A stretch of 64,000 bases of DNA. Source: an uncultured Gammaproteobacteria bacterium (lineage in GTDB: Bacteria > Patescibacteriota > Patescibacteriia > UBA2591 > UBA6264). Below are positions 28,146 through 38,338 of the stretch, piece by piece (positions within the stretch are counted from its first letter, which is position 1; each line of letters opens with the position of its first letter). The stretch covers positions 42,611 through 106,610 of the forward strand of contig CAZQVF010000003.1 in NCBI GenBank assembly GCA_964596735.1. The letters are read 5' to 3'. The position numbers and the translations under genes were made by a program. The notes under the pieces were generated by a model, which was not told where the DNA came from, searched no databases, and saw only the letters and a list, made by a program, of their open reading frames with translations.

Positions 28146-29609
28146 TTATATTATGTCTAACGATAATCCGTGGCATTTCTTATATTTCTTCCCTGAACCA
28201 CAAGGACATTTATCATTTCTGCCAACTTTAGGAATTTGCTTTTCAATTACATCGGGAAATTCTTTATCATGAATTTTATAAAAAGTTGGGTCCGTAAGTA
28301 TTCCTAATTCTATCTTCAATTCATCTGCTCCTTTTTGCATCTTTTCATTCCAATGCCTCCCATCAAGATAAATCGCATCTTCTGACCTTCCTCTCAACTC
28401 TTTTCCTGACTCTGTCGCAAATCCAATAATATCTTTAGCTTGTTGATAAACTCCGCGGAGTACCATACAACAAGCTTCTAAATATTCTCCTCTAAATAAC
28501 CGATATTCTTCTTCTGTTTGTCCTTCTTTTTTGGGAAAAGCAACGAAGACATAATAGGGATCATCTTTGTTTAAAGGTATACTAAATCTTCTTCCGCAGA
28601 TATTTCCTGAAGTTTTTTCAACTAATCCTAAAATAGCTTTGGATAGGATTCTTCTCTTAAATCGAGATTCACTTGCAAAAAATCGCATCACTTTTTCTGA
28701 ATCCTTTATGCCCCCAGCAGATACCGTATATTGAGTACCAGCTAAAGCGTTAATATTGAATTCTTCTATCAGCGCATCCCAAAAATAACTTATTTTATCT
28801 TCTTTTAATTGGGCTTTTCTTTGAGGATTATTGCAAAAATTATCCCAAACTCCTTCGACGATCGCTATTCTGTCTGAATCTGTTGGAAAATCAAAATCAT
28901 GCACCCCATCTTTTATTTTAGTTAAGTAGGATGGTAATAAATTTTCCTCTCCCGTTACTAATATAACCTTATCAGAACGTAAAAGAATTTCCTTTTTAGA
29001 GAAATAGGAAACTAAATCAGATATTGTATCGAGCGTGCTCATTACAATATCTAGTGTTGTGTCATCTAATACGTGAATAAATGTCTTCGAAGGATTAATA
29101 TCTCCAATAAAAAATGGTATTGTATGTGAAGTAATACCTTTTATGTCGTTTTCTATTATTAAGCTTCCACTGCCGCCACCAAAACATTTCTTGCAAGCAC
29201 CAGATACACCATGTGCAACTAGTATTAAATGGATTTTTACTTTATGAGCATTAATGTCAAAGGGGAAAGACTCTTTGCATTTTTTATCTAAAAAAACACT
29301 TTCTGGATGTTGCTTTATCCACTGTTCGGCTCTCCATAGTTGTTTGGCAGATTTTTCAACAGTTCTTCTAAACCATCTACTCCAGTTAAGTTCGTCGTTA
29401 GTAGTTTCTGGATATTTGCATGCTTTATCAGAAAAAATCAATATATGATTCCCAAAAACAACGAATAGGTCAGATAATTCTTTCCCTTTTGCTCGATATA
29501 GGTTTGGATAACTCCACAATGAAAGAAAAGTCTTATTACAAAGTTTAGCTAAATACTCTTCCGATTTATTCAGACCAGTATTTTTTGTGATTGCCTCGTG
29601 TTTTCGCAT
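28146..29609 (-). CDS. NERD-like nuclease domain protein with C-terminal SEC-C motif
   Basis: [19 protein letters not shown]...SAKQL; [21 protein letters not shown]. Confidence 0.75.
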   Translation of the reverse strand: MRKHEAITKNTGLNKSEEYLAKLCNKTFLSLWSYPNLYRAKGKELSDLFVVFGNHILIFSDKACKYPETTNDELNWSRWFRRTVEKSAKQLWRAEQWIKQHPESVFLDKKCKESFPFDINAHKVKIHLILVAHGVSGACKKCFGGGSGSLIIENDIKGITSHTIPFFIGDINPSKTFIHVLDDTTLDIVMSTLDTISDLVSYFSKKEILLRSDKVILVTGEENLLPSYLTKIKDGVHDFDFPTDSDRIAIVEGVWDNFCNNPQRKAQLKEDKISYFWDALIEEFNINALAGTQYTVSAGGIKDSEKVMRFFASESRFKRRILSKAILGLVEKTSGNICGRRFSIPLNKDDPYYVFVAFPKKEGQTEEEYRLFRGEYLEACCMVLRGVYQQAKDIIGFATESGKELRGRSEDAIYLDGRHWNEKMQKGADELKIELGILTDPTFYKIHDKEFPDVIEKQIPKVGRNDKCPCGSGKKYKKCHGLSLDII

Positions 29610-29642
29610 AAATGTTTTTTTGTATCTTGTGGATAACTCTTA

Positions 29643-29671
29643 TTGTCTCTTCGGTCAATCTTCGGTATAAT
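29643..29671 (+). promoter_or_regulatory. Promoter of lexA-MTase with direct-repeat operator candidate
   Basis: TTGTCT-17-TATAAT; TCTTCGGT at 29648 and 29659. Confidence 0.6.
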
Positions 29672-29707
29672 CATATTATAAAATAATATCTAAATAAGTC
29701 AAGACTT

Positions 29708-31249
29708 ATGGCAACACTAACAAAGCGACAAAAACAAATTTACGACTATATTAAAAATTACATAGAAACAAAAAGTATCTCCCCCACTTTTGACGAAATA
29801 AGAAAACGTTTTAAACTTTCTGCGCTTTCAACTGTTCATCAACATATTGAAGCACTAATCACTAAAGGATTTTTAATAAAAAATAATAAACTTACTCGCG
29901 GGATAGAATTAATAAAAAAAGACGAATTGATTAAAGTTCCCTTTGTTGGGGCCATCACTGCCGGTCAACCAATCGAAGCTATTGAAAACAGAGAAGAATC
30001 AATTGCCATTTCAAAAAATAAACTTCCGCGTTCGGGAGAATTTTTTGCACTCAAAGTCATGGGAGATAGTATGATTGACGAAAATATTAACGACGGGGAT
30101 GTCGTCTTAATAAAAAAACAATGCGTTGCTAGTAATGGAGAAAAAATTGTAGCACTAATTGATAATCGTGAAGCAACACTCAAATCTTTCTATAAAGAAA
30201 GGGATCAAATTCGTTTACAGCCAGCAAACAAAAAACTTAAACCAATTATAATTAAAGATGGTGAAAAAGAAATAATAATACAAGGGATAGTAATAGATAT
30301 AATTAAGAATATAAATCCCGAAAAGAAGATAGAAAAAGAAAAAGAAAAAAAAATTAAAGCTAAAAGAAAAAACAAATTACCTCTAAATAAAATTATATTA
30401 GGAGACACTGTAAAAGAATTAAAAAAACTACCAAGTGAGAGTTGCGACATTATAATAGCTGATCCCCCTTATAATATCGGTAAAAATTTTGGAAATAATA
30501 TTGATAAAAGAGAATTAAGTGAATATATAGAATGGTCTAAAGAATGGATTAATGAATGTATAAGATTAATGAAACCAACAGCTACAATGTTTCTTTATGG
30601 ATTTAGCGAAATTTTAGCTCATATTTCAGTAGAAATACCAATAAATAAAAGATGGGTTATCTGGCATTATACTAACAAAAATGTAGCTTCGCTGAACTTC
30701 TGGCAAAGAAGTCATGAGTCAATTATCTGTGCATGGAAAGATAAAAGAATATTTAATAGAGATGAAATAAGGGAACCATATACCATTGGATTTTTAAATG
30801 GAGCAGCTGGAAAAATCAGAAAAGGGACAAAAGGAAGATTTAGTAATTCTGGGAAAACTACAATTTATAAGGCTCATGAAAAGGGGGCTTTGCCAAGAGA
30901 TGTAATAAAAATTCCCGCTCTGGCCGGAGGAGCTGGTATGAATGAAAGATGGTTCTTATGTAAAACATGTGATGAAGTTTTTGGACCAAGAAAATTGAAA
31001 GAGCACAAAGATCATAAAATAATTAAACACCCTACCCAAAAACCCCTTGAACTATCAAAAAAAATAATAAAGTCTTGTATGCCTAAAAAATATGGGGTAG
31101 TATTGGTTCCATTTGTTGGTAGCGGTTCTGAATGTGTAGCTGCCAAAGAACTCGGACAAAATTATGTTGGTTTTGAAATTAATCCAGAATATATAAAAAT
31201 TGCTCAAAAATTTTTGAGCAACACAAAATTCAAACAAAAATTATTTTAA
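29708..31249 (+). CDS. LexA repressor fused to beta-class N4/N6 DNA methyltransferase
   Basis: LTKRQKQIY...SPTFDEI wHTH, TAGQP cleavage site, GDSM and ATLK catalytic dyad; then IIADPPYN, HPTQKP, PFVGSGS. Confidence 0.9.
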   Translation: MATLTKRQKQIYDYIKNYIETKSISPTFDEIRKRFKLSALSTVHQHIEALITKGFLIKNNKLTRGIELIKKDELIKVPFVGAITAGQPIEAIENREESIAISKNKLPRSGEFFALKVMGDSMIDENINDGDVVLIKKQCVASNGEKIVALIDNREATLKSFYKERDQIRLQPANKKLKPIIIKDGEKEIIIQGIVIDIIKNINPEKKIEKEKEKKIKAKRKNKLPLNKIILGDTVKELKKLPSESCDIIIADPPYNIGKNFGNNIDKRELSEYIEWSKEWINECIRLMKPTATMFLYGFSEILAHISVEIPINKRWVIWHYTNKNVASLNFWQRSHESIICAWKDKRIFNRDEIREPYTIGFLNGAAGKIRKGTKGRFSNSGKTTIYKAHEKGALPRDVIKIPALAGGAGMNERWFLCKTCDEVFGPRKLKEHKDHKIIKHPTQKPLELSKKIIKSCMPKKYGVVLVPFVGSGSECVAAKELGQNYVGFEINPEYIKIAQKFLSNTKFKQKLF

Positions 31250-31936
31250 TAATTTATCAATTTCTTCTTTCTTTTTTTCAAAAATAAAAGGAGTAAAAAC
31301 TACAAATCCATTTGGCAATCTTTTCAATTCTTTGTTTTGAATGAATCTTAAATAGGGTAATTTATATTCTCCATTCAATTTTTTGGGGTTTGTAAAATAA
31401 TCTTCGCTCGGAACCTCATATTTAATATCAATAAATTCGCCTTCAATTTTATTTTTTGTCTCCTTAGCTTTCCTAACTTCCCTGCTAAACGACTTTTTCT
31501 TTACCTGATAATTTAATATTTTATTTTTATAATTTACTTGAAAATCAGCTCCTCGATGATCTAGTTCTGCTGACATCTTTACTGTATTTTCTCCAAAAAT
31601 AAACTCTGCAACATAACCAGCGTGTATCTGTGTAATAATACTAGCCCAAGTTCTGTATATCCTGGCTGGAAGACCTTTATAAAAACATGTTTCACACATT
31701 GTAATTTTCTCTCTAAATTTTTCAATCTTCTCTTTATAATTATTTAAATATCTTTTACAAAATCTATCAAAATCTAAAAATTCTTTTTCATCCCAATATA
31801 CTTTATAAAGCAATTCAATGGCTTGTATTTCTTTTGGCATATCCATTTCAACAATTTTAATAGGTTTATATTTTTTGCGATAATTATTAAGATTGATTGA
31901 TTCTAAAAATTCCTCAAAATTTTTTACTAAATACAT
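31241..31936 (-). CDS. TaqI-family type II restriction endonuclease
   Basis: PIKIVEMDMP, GLPARIYRTWASIITQ, ELDHRGAD, QVKK, RLPNGFVVF resemble R.TaqI blocks as I recall them; convergent with the MTase. Confidence 0.75.
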   Translation of the reverse strand: MYLVKNFEEFLESINLNNYRKKYKPIKIVEMDMPKEIQAIELLYKVYWDEKEFLDFDRFCKRYLNNYKEKIEKFREKITMCETCFYKGLPARIYRTWASIITQIHAGYVAEFIFGENTVKMSAELDHRGADFQVNYKNKILNYQVKKKSFSREVRKAKETKNKIEGEFIDIKYEVPSEDYFTNPKKLNGEYKLPYLRFIQNKELKRLPNGFVVFTPFIFEKKKEEIDKLLK

Positions 31937-32091
31937 ATAAAATAAATTATTTTTATAAATCGCGGTTATCTTAACATGTCGTTAAAATCTATAATTAAAA
32001 ATATAATTACTCTTCATATAAATTCTAGAACAAAAATTTAATAAGTCAAGTTTTAAAAAACAAAAAGTTTTTTTAGTATTAATGTCTAAGT

Positions 32092-32904
32092 ATGAAAAAG
32101 AAAAAATCAACCATAGATCCAAGTAGAAAAAGATTGTTGAAAATTCTGGATGCAGAACAAAAAAGATATTCTGAAATTTTTAATAGTGCTTCCTTTAAGC
32201 TTTTTACTAAACAATCAAATAAGATAAAAAAAAACGTTCAAAAAGTTTTATCTTCTTTTGAACCAGCTTCCACGCTGGTAAAAAATAACCAAAAAATAAT
32301 GGAATCAATGGTTAATTCTTTTAAGAATTTACCCTCTGCACCAAGTAATATAAATATAAAAATACCCATATCCGTACATCAAAAAAAAGTTTACTCCGAA
32401 TCGGAATTAGATTCAATTATCGAAAAAGTAATAAGAGAGACCATTAAAAAAACTATGCCTCCAAAAAATAGATTTCCCTACGAACTACCCCAAGACTTTC
32501 CTTGGGCTAGAATTACCATTAAATTCATAGATGGTCATAATATAAAAATTGTTGCTGAAGATTATATATATAATGCCGATTTCAAAGAATTAAATTTTCA
32601 AAACTCAAAAAACAAAAAACCAAACGCTCAGTGGGAATTACTCAAATCTTTATCAGAGAATAATGGAAAAATTTCTTGGGATATCAGCTTTGCTAGCTCA
32701 AAAATAAAAAAGAGAAAACAATTATTAAGCCAAGGATTAAAAAAATATTTTCAAATTAAATCCGATCCCTTCTTCTCTTATAGGAAAGAAAAAGGATATA
32801 AAATAAAAATAAATTTAGCGCCTGAATCTACATCAATAAACGATGTTCTTCCACAAGATGAATTAGGGATAGAAGAAGCTTATAATGAACAAACTTATAC
32901 ATAA
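32092..32904 (+). CDS. Hypothetical protein, possible C-terminal wHTH
   Basis: 270 aa; W..ITIKF, QWELL, KKYF...DPF...GYK. Confidence 0.6.
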   Translation: MKKKKSTIDPSRKRLLKILDAEQKRYSEIFNSASFKLFTKQSNKIKKNVQKVLSSFEPASTLVKNNQKIMESMVNSFKNLPSAPSNINIKIPISVHQKKVYSESELDSIIEKVIRETIKKTMPPKNRFPYELPQDFPWARITIKFIDGHNIKIVAEDYIYNADFKELNFQNSKNKKPNAQWELLKSLSENNGKISWDISFASSKIKKRKQLLSQGLKKYFQIKSDPFFSYRKEKGYKIKINLAPESTSINDVLPQDELGIEEAYNEQTYT

Positions 32905-33031
32905 ATAATGTGGTGAATTCACCGAAACAATATATTTAATAAAATTGCCTAAAATTAGGCAATTTTTTATTTTTAACGAATTTTCACCATAAAGGGTAGA
33001 GAATCAGTTTTAATAATTAACCATAAAAATC

Positions 33032-33415
33032 ATGAAAAAAGAAAAATCAAAAATTATTCAAACCACTCCGTCTCACTCCGATTATCAATTTGTAATCAAG
33101 GGGATAAAGCACGTCCCCGAATTTCTTAGCTTTGTTAATTGGTTTGCTACTCCAGGACAATTTAAAAAGCTAAAAAATCAGAAAGATTTCGCGAAATCAA
33201 TCGGAGTATGCCAGGATACCCTTACGGACTGGAAAAAGCATTCCCAATTTTGGCCATTAGTATTCGCATCTATTTCAGAATGGATAAAAGAAAAAATCCC
33301 CGACGCAATAGGAGGACTCTATGAAAGAATACTCAAAGACGGAAACCCAAAGGTGTTTGAAACATTTTTACGCCTTGGAGGAATTAATAATCAAGGCATT
33401 AAAAAAACAAAATAA
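33032..33415 (+). CDS. HTH protein (phBC6A51/terminase small subunit-like)
   Basis: QKDFAKSIGVCQDTLTDWKK. Confidence 0.65.
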   Translation: MKKEKSKIIQTTPSHSDYQFVIKGIKHVPEFLSFVNWFATPGQFKKLKNQKDFAKSIGVCQDTLTDWKKHSQFWPLVFASISEWIKEKIPDAIGGLYERILKDGNPKVFETFLRLGGINNQGIKKTK

Positions 33416-33453
33416 AAAATAAATAAGTAATTCATTAACTAAATGAGGTAATT

Positions 33454-34776
33454 ATGCAAAAAGAAAACTTTAAAATCATTCAAGTTCCTATTAAGGACTT
33501 GTCTCCTGCTCTATATAATCCAAGAAAATGGAGTAAGGAAGCAATTAGTCAACTTAAAGAAAGTATCACAAAATTTGGACTAGTCGATCCAATAATAGTG
33601 AACAAACATAAAGGTCGGGAAAACATAATTATTGGTGGACATTTCAGAGTGAAAATAGCAAAAGATTTGGGTATTAAAGATGTCCCCGTCTACTATATTG
33701 ATTTAAACGAAAAGCGAGAAAAAGAACTAAACCTAAGATTAAATAAAGCAACTGGTGAATGGGACTGGAATCTTCTTGCTGATTTTGATGAAAACTTTTT
33801 ATCAGATGCTGGTTTTTCAAGTGAAGAATTAGACGAAATATTTGACATTGAAGACAATCCCGAATTATTCGACTTAGAGAAAGAATTAAGAAAACTTGAT
33901 ATTAAAAATATAAAAATCAAAAAGGGCGATGTTTATGAATTGGACGGCAATAGATTAATGTGCGGCGATTCCACAATAGAAAAAGATATAAAAAAACTAA
34001 TGAATGAACAAAAAGCAGATATGTGTTTTACAGACCCTCCTTATTTATTAAATTATTTAAAGGGAAAAAAGAAAAACGGCAAAGCAACCGAAGGATTTGG
34101 ATATAAAAGAAACAGAAAATATTTAGAAACAGATGTTATTCCTCCCGACTTCACTGAAAAGTGGATGGCTAATATCCATAAAATACAAAAAGACGATTTT
34201 GCTATTATCGTCTACGAAAACTGGAAAAATATAAGAACTATTTGGAATGAAATGGAAAAATATTGGAAGGTAAAGAATATGCTTGTCTGGCATTTGAGTA
34301 ATAGAACCCAAGGCTTTGCTGCAAAATACAAATTCTTTTCTAAGTATGATATAGCCATGCTCGGATATTCAGGTGGCGTAAATCTTAATACAAAAGAAGA
34401 GCCAGAAAAAATTCAAAATGAATATGAGGCTGCTCTGTTCGCCATATCTGGAAAGCCACATTGGGAAAACTACAAAAAAGGTAAAAAATATTGTCCAACT
34501 GATTTTGTTGAATACCGAGCATCTGATGAAAAAAGTTCTGGGCAGGGAATAATTTTTGGCACCAAGCCAGTGGAAATATTAATTCCATATATAAAGGTCT
34601 TGACCAAAAGGAATGATTTGATTGTTGAGCCATTCGGGGGCAGTGGAAGTACTTTGATGGCTGCCATCAAAATGAAAAGAAGATGCTACTTGATAGAAAA
34701 ATCACCTGTTTATACAGAGGTGATTAAAAAGAGATGGGAAAATTTTACTGGCAAAAAAGCCAAAAAAATCGATTAA
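33454..34776 (+). CDS. ParB-N domain fused DNA methyltransferase
   Basis: YNPRK, FGLVDPIIVN, IIGGHFR; LMCGDST, FTDPPY, TKPV, EPFGGSGST. Confidence 0.9.
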   Translation: MQKENFKIIQVPIKDLSPALYNPRKWSKEAISQLKESITKFGLVDPIIVNKHKGRENIIIGGHFRVKIAKDLGIKDVPVYYIDLNEKREKELNLRLNKATGEWDWNLLADFDENFLSDAGFSSEELDEIFDIEDNPELFDLEKELRKLDIKNIKIKKGDVYELDGNRLMCGDSTIEKDIKKLMNEQKADMCFTDPPYLLNYLKGKKKNGKATEGFGYKRNRKYLETDVIPPDFTEKWMANIHKIQKDDFAIIVYENWKNIRTIWNEMEKYWKVKNMLVWHLSNRTQGFAAKYKFFSKYDIAMLGYSGGVNLNTKEEPEKIQNEYEAALFAISGKPHWENYKKGKKYCPTDFVEYRASDEKSSGQGIIFGTKPVEILIPYIKVLTKRNDLIVEPFGGSGSTLMAAIKMKRRCYLIEKSPVYTEVIKKRWENFTGKKAKKID

Positions 34777-34803
34777 ATATTTAATTTATTTAAATTCAAA
34801 TTT

Positions 34804-35211
34804 ATGAAGAATGATGCAGAAATAAAAAAGAAATTAATTGAAGAATTAAAAAAAACGCCAATAGTGCAGATAGCTTGTTTAAAAGTGAATATTAGCAGAG
34901 CTACCTATTATCGCTGGCGTAAAGACGATAAAAAATTCAGCCGAATGACCGATAAAGCAATTTTAGATGGTTCACTATTAATCAACGATTTAGCAGAAAG
35001 TCAATTAATTAGTGCAATTAAAGACAAAAATATAACATCACTAATCTTTTGGCTCAAGAATCATCATCCTACTTATGCGACAAGGATCGAAGTAATGGCG
35101 CATTTAAAATCCTCCTCTGATGAGTCGTTAACGCCAGAACAACAGACTCTTGTTAAAAAAGCGCTTAAGCTGGCAAATTTACCTAATAAACTTAATAAAA
35201 ATAACGAATAA
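34804..35211 (+). CDS. HTH protein, probable terminase small subunit
   Basis: ACLKVNISRATYYRWRKDD...LIFWLK; immediately upstream of the terminase. Confidence 0.65.
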   Translation: MKNDAEIKKKLIEELKKTPIVQIACLKVNISRATYYRWRKDDKKFSRMTDKAILDGSLLINDLAESQLISAIKDKNITSLIFWLKNHHPTYATRIEVMAHLKSSSDESLTPEQQTLVKKALKLANLPNKLNKNNE

Positions 35212-35215
35212 TTAT

Positions 35216-36670
35216 ATGAACATTAATACAAATATAATGGATCAAACTTTGATCAAAAAAATTATTAACGACCGCAAAGTTCGTGTTGCTATTGCGCGTC
35301 AAAGTCACCTTTGGTTCTTTAATATCTATTTTTCTAATTACGTCATAAACGAAACTGCTCCTTTTCAGAAAGAAATGTTTAATTTAACCGAAAATGAGTT
35401 AAATAAACTCGCAGTTATTGTTGCATTTAGAGGTTCAGCCAAGTCAACAATTATGACTATGTCATATCCAATATGGTCAATTCTTGGCAACCAGCAGAAA
35501 AAATTTGTACTGATTATCAGCCAAACACAAGAACAGGCTAGACTACATCTTAAAAATCTAAAAAACGAACTTGAAAGAAATAAGCTCTTGAAAACTGATC
35601 TCGGACCATTTGAAGAAAACGATGACTGGAGAAGCTACTCACTTGTTATACCAAAGTACAACGCTAGAATTACAGCGGCTTCAATTGAGCAAAGTATACG
35701 CGGCATCAGACACGGCGAACACAGGCCCGATCTCATAATTTGTGATGATATAGAAGATCTTAATTCAGTTAAAACACGTGAAAGTAGAGACAAAACTCAT
35801 CAATGGCTTAGGGGAGATGTAATTCCTGCCGGAGATAAAAACACAAAAATTGTCTTAGTGGGAAATCTCCTTCATGAGGATTCTGTATTAATGAGACTAA
35901 AACAAGATATTGATGAAGGAAGGCTTGCCGGAATATACAAACGATATCCATTACTTGACGAAAATAATCAAAGTTTATGGCCCGGAAAATATAATACAGT
36001 AAAAGATATAGAAATATTGAAACATACCATTGGCGATGAAATTGCTTGGCAAAGAGAATTTCTTTTACGCATCGTTCCTAATACAAATCGTGTTGTTCAG
36101 TCAGATTGGATCAATTATTATGAACATTTATCTGAAAATAAAAATGAACTACTTTGCGTCCTTACTGGCATTGATCTCGCTATAGCCGAGAAAGATAGCT
36201 CTGATTATACCTCAATGGTCTCCGCTAGAGTCTATATTCATAATAATAAACTGTGTATATATATCCTTCCCAATCCAGTAAACGAACGCATGGACTTTGC
36301 CAAGCAATTAGAAAAAGCGAAATTTCTTTCTAAAAGCCTTGGTGATGGATATCCAACTCGACTTTTAGTTGAAGACGTAGGCTATCAAAAAGTATTTATC
36401 CAGCAATTACAAAAAGATGGATTCCCCGCTGAATCATTTCACTTAGAAGGTCGAGATAAACGATCACGACTTATGTCAACTACTCATCTTATTCAATTAG
36501 GGAATGTTCTTTTCCCTAAACATGGAGCAGAAAAATTAATTGAGCAACTTGTAGGTTTTGGAGTTGAAAAACATGATGATTTAGTTGATGCTTTTACCAT
36601 GATTATCCTCCAGATTTTGAAGGAACGCCCCTACGAAATTGACGTAAAAACTTTAGTTTTTTCTGTATAA
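35216..36670 (+). CDS. Phage terminase large subunit
   Basis: AFRGSAKST (Walker A), RPDLIICDDIE (Walker B), GIDLA...DYTS, HDDLVDA nuclease motifs. Confidence 0.85.
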   Translation: MNINTNIMDQTLIKKIINDRKVRVAIARQSHLWFFNIYFSNYVINETAPFQKEMFNLTENELNKLAVIVAFRGSAKSTIMTMSYPIWSILGNQQKKFVLIISQTQEQARLHLKNLKNELERNKLLKTDLGPFEENDDWRSYSLVIPKYNARITAASIEQSIRGIRHGEHRPDLIICDDIEDLNSVKTRESRDKTHQWLRGDVIPAGDKNTKIVLVGNLLHEDSVLMRLKQDIDEGRLAGIYKRYPLLDENNQSLWPGKYNTVKDIEILKHTIGDEIAWQREFLLRIVPNTNRVVQSDWINYYEHLSENKNELLCVLTGIDLAIAEKDSSDYTSMVSARVYIHNNKLCIYILPNPVNERMDFAKQLEKAKFLSKSLGDGYPTRLLVEDVGYQKVFIQQLQKDGFPAESFHLEGRDKRSRLMSTTHLIQLGNVLFPKHGAEKLIEQLVGFGVEKHDDLVDAFTMIILQILKERPYEIDVKTLVFSV

Positions 36671-36763
36671 ATTTTGGAAAAATCTAAGGGTTTTTGGGAT
36701 AAAAAGTTATCAACAGTTTGGGCTGGATATATGTTGTTTTTGCGGTATCCTTGGTCTCACTAA

Positions 36764-38140
36764 ATGAATAATTATAAAACTATGGATTACCAAAAAACAA
36801 CATTAAATCAAGGTTTAAGTGCGACCAGTCCCCTATCAACAGAAGAAGCGCCTGTTAAATATTGTCTTTACGCGAGAAAATCAACTGAAGACGATGAAAA
36901 ACAGGCGCTTTCCATTGATTCCCAAATAAAAGAAATGGAAGAATTAGCAGAAAAAATAGGATTAGAAGTAGTGGAAACCAAAAAAGAATCTCATTCTGCT
37001 AAAAAATCGGGTGACCGTCCTATTTTTAATAAACTTATTGATGGAATCAAACAGGGATTGTATCAAGGAATCCTCACTTGGGCCCCGGATAGATTGAGTA
37101 GGAATGCTGGAGACTTAGGAATATTGGTAGATTTAATAGATTATGGACATTTGAGAGAAATAAGAACATACGGACAGAATTTTTCTAATAAACCAAATGA
37201 TAAATTCCTTCTTATGATCCTATGTAGTCAGGCAAAACTAGAAAATGACTGCAAAAGCGAAAACGTTAAAAGGGGCCTCAGGGCTAAATGCGCCATGGGA
37301 TGGCGACCCGGACTTCCCCCCTTGGGATATCTTCATGATAAATATGCAGACAAGGGAAAAAGAAAAGTACTTCTTGATCCGAAAAGAGCTCCGATAATAA
37401 AACAAATGTTTGAAAAGGTGGCTTATGAAAGCATGAGAGGAAGACAATTATTCCACTGGTTGAACTATAAGATAAAATTCAGAAGTCGGGCCGGTAAAAG
37501 AATTACCCTTAGCACTATTTACCAAATACTTAGTGAACATTTCTATTATGGAAAATTTGAATATCCTAAAGGTAGTAGTAATTGGTATAAAGGTGGATAT
37601 GAACCAATAATTACAGAAGAGCTATTTAATCAAGTCAGGGCTAAATTATTAGTCTCGCCAAGAAGACATCCGGGGACCAATGAATATGACTTTACTAAAT
37701 TATTTACTTGCGGAAACTGTGGATCGGGAATCACTGCTGAAGAAAAATTTAAAAAGATAAGCGACGGCACTCGCCGTCGCTATGTTTATTATCACTGTAG
37801 TAGATTTAAAAATGAAAAATGTAATGAAAAATATATTAGAGAAGAAGAATTACTAAAACAATTATTGGAAATCATAGATAAAATTGATGTAGATGAAATA
37901 AAATTAGAAACTAAAATGGAAAGAGAAATTATGAGATACCGCAAATTTTATTACGGAGTACTTAATCAAGATGGAAAAATCGAAAAAAGGCCCATTGATG
38001 TAGATATAAGAAATTATGCTAAATATGTTCTCATAGAAGGATCTAGAGATGAAAAAAGAGAAATATTAAATTGTCTAAGAAGCAAATTAGAGCTAAAAGA
38101 TAAAACGCTTTATTTAAAAATTACAGGAAAAATAATATAG
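36764..38140 (+). CDS. Large serine recombinase
   Basis: YARKSTE, DRLSRN, recombinase domain (YYG...EPII), zinc ribbon CGNCGS...YYHC...C. Confidence 0.92.
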   Translation: MNNYKTMDYQKTTLNQGLSATSPLSTEEAPVKYCLYARKSTEDDEKQALSIDSQIKEMEELAEKIGLEVVETKKESHSAKKSGDRPIFNKLIDGIKQGLYQGILTWAPDRLSRNAGDLGILVDLIDYGHLREIRTYGQNFSNKPNDKFLLMILCSQAKLENDCKSENVKRGLRAKCAMGWRPGLPPLGYLHDKYADKGKRKVLLDPKRAPIIKQMFEKVAYESMRGRQLFHWLNYKIKFRSRAGKRITLSTIYQILSEHFYYGKFEYPKGSSNWYKGGYEPIITEELFNQVRAKLLVSPRRHPGTNEYDFTKLFTCGNCGSGITAEEKFKKISDGTRRRYVYYHCSRFKNEKCNEKYIREEELLKQLLEIIDKIDVDEIKLETKMEREIMRYRKFYYGVLNQDGKIEKRPIDVDIRNYAKYVLIEGSRDEKREILNCLRSKLELKDKTLYLKITGKII

Positions 38141-38190
38141 ATATTGATTTTTATAAAAAAGCTCTTTATAATTAAAATACAAGTTAATAT

Positions 38191-38296
38191 TGCTGTACGA
38201 CCTTATAATGCCCTCATCAGGGGCTGGTCGTACAGCATCCATACTTCGGTATGGTAAACCTTGGTGGGGGCTTTGTAGTTAGGTCAATTACCAAGG
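38191..38296 (+). ncRNA. Structured 5' leader or ncRNA candidate
   Basis: 12-bp stem, C(UUCG)G hairpin and 7-bp stem downstream of TTGATT-17-TATAAT (38144-38172). Confidence 0.5.
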
Positions 38297-38338
38297 ATAA
38301 ATAAAGGTCATCTTTAATCAAATCTAATAAAAATAACT

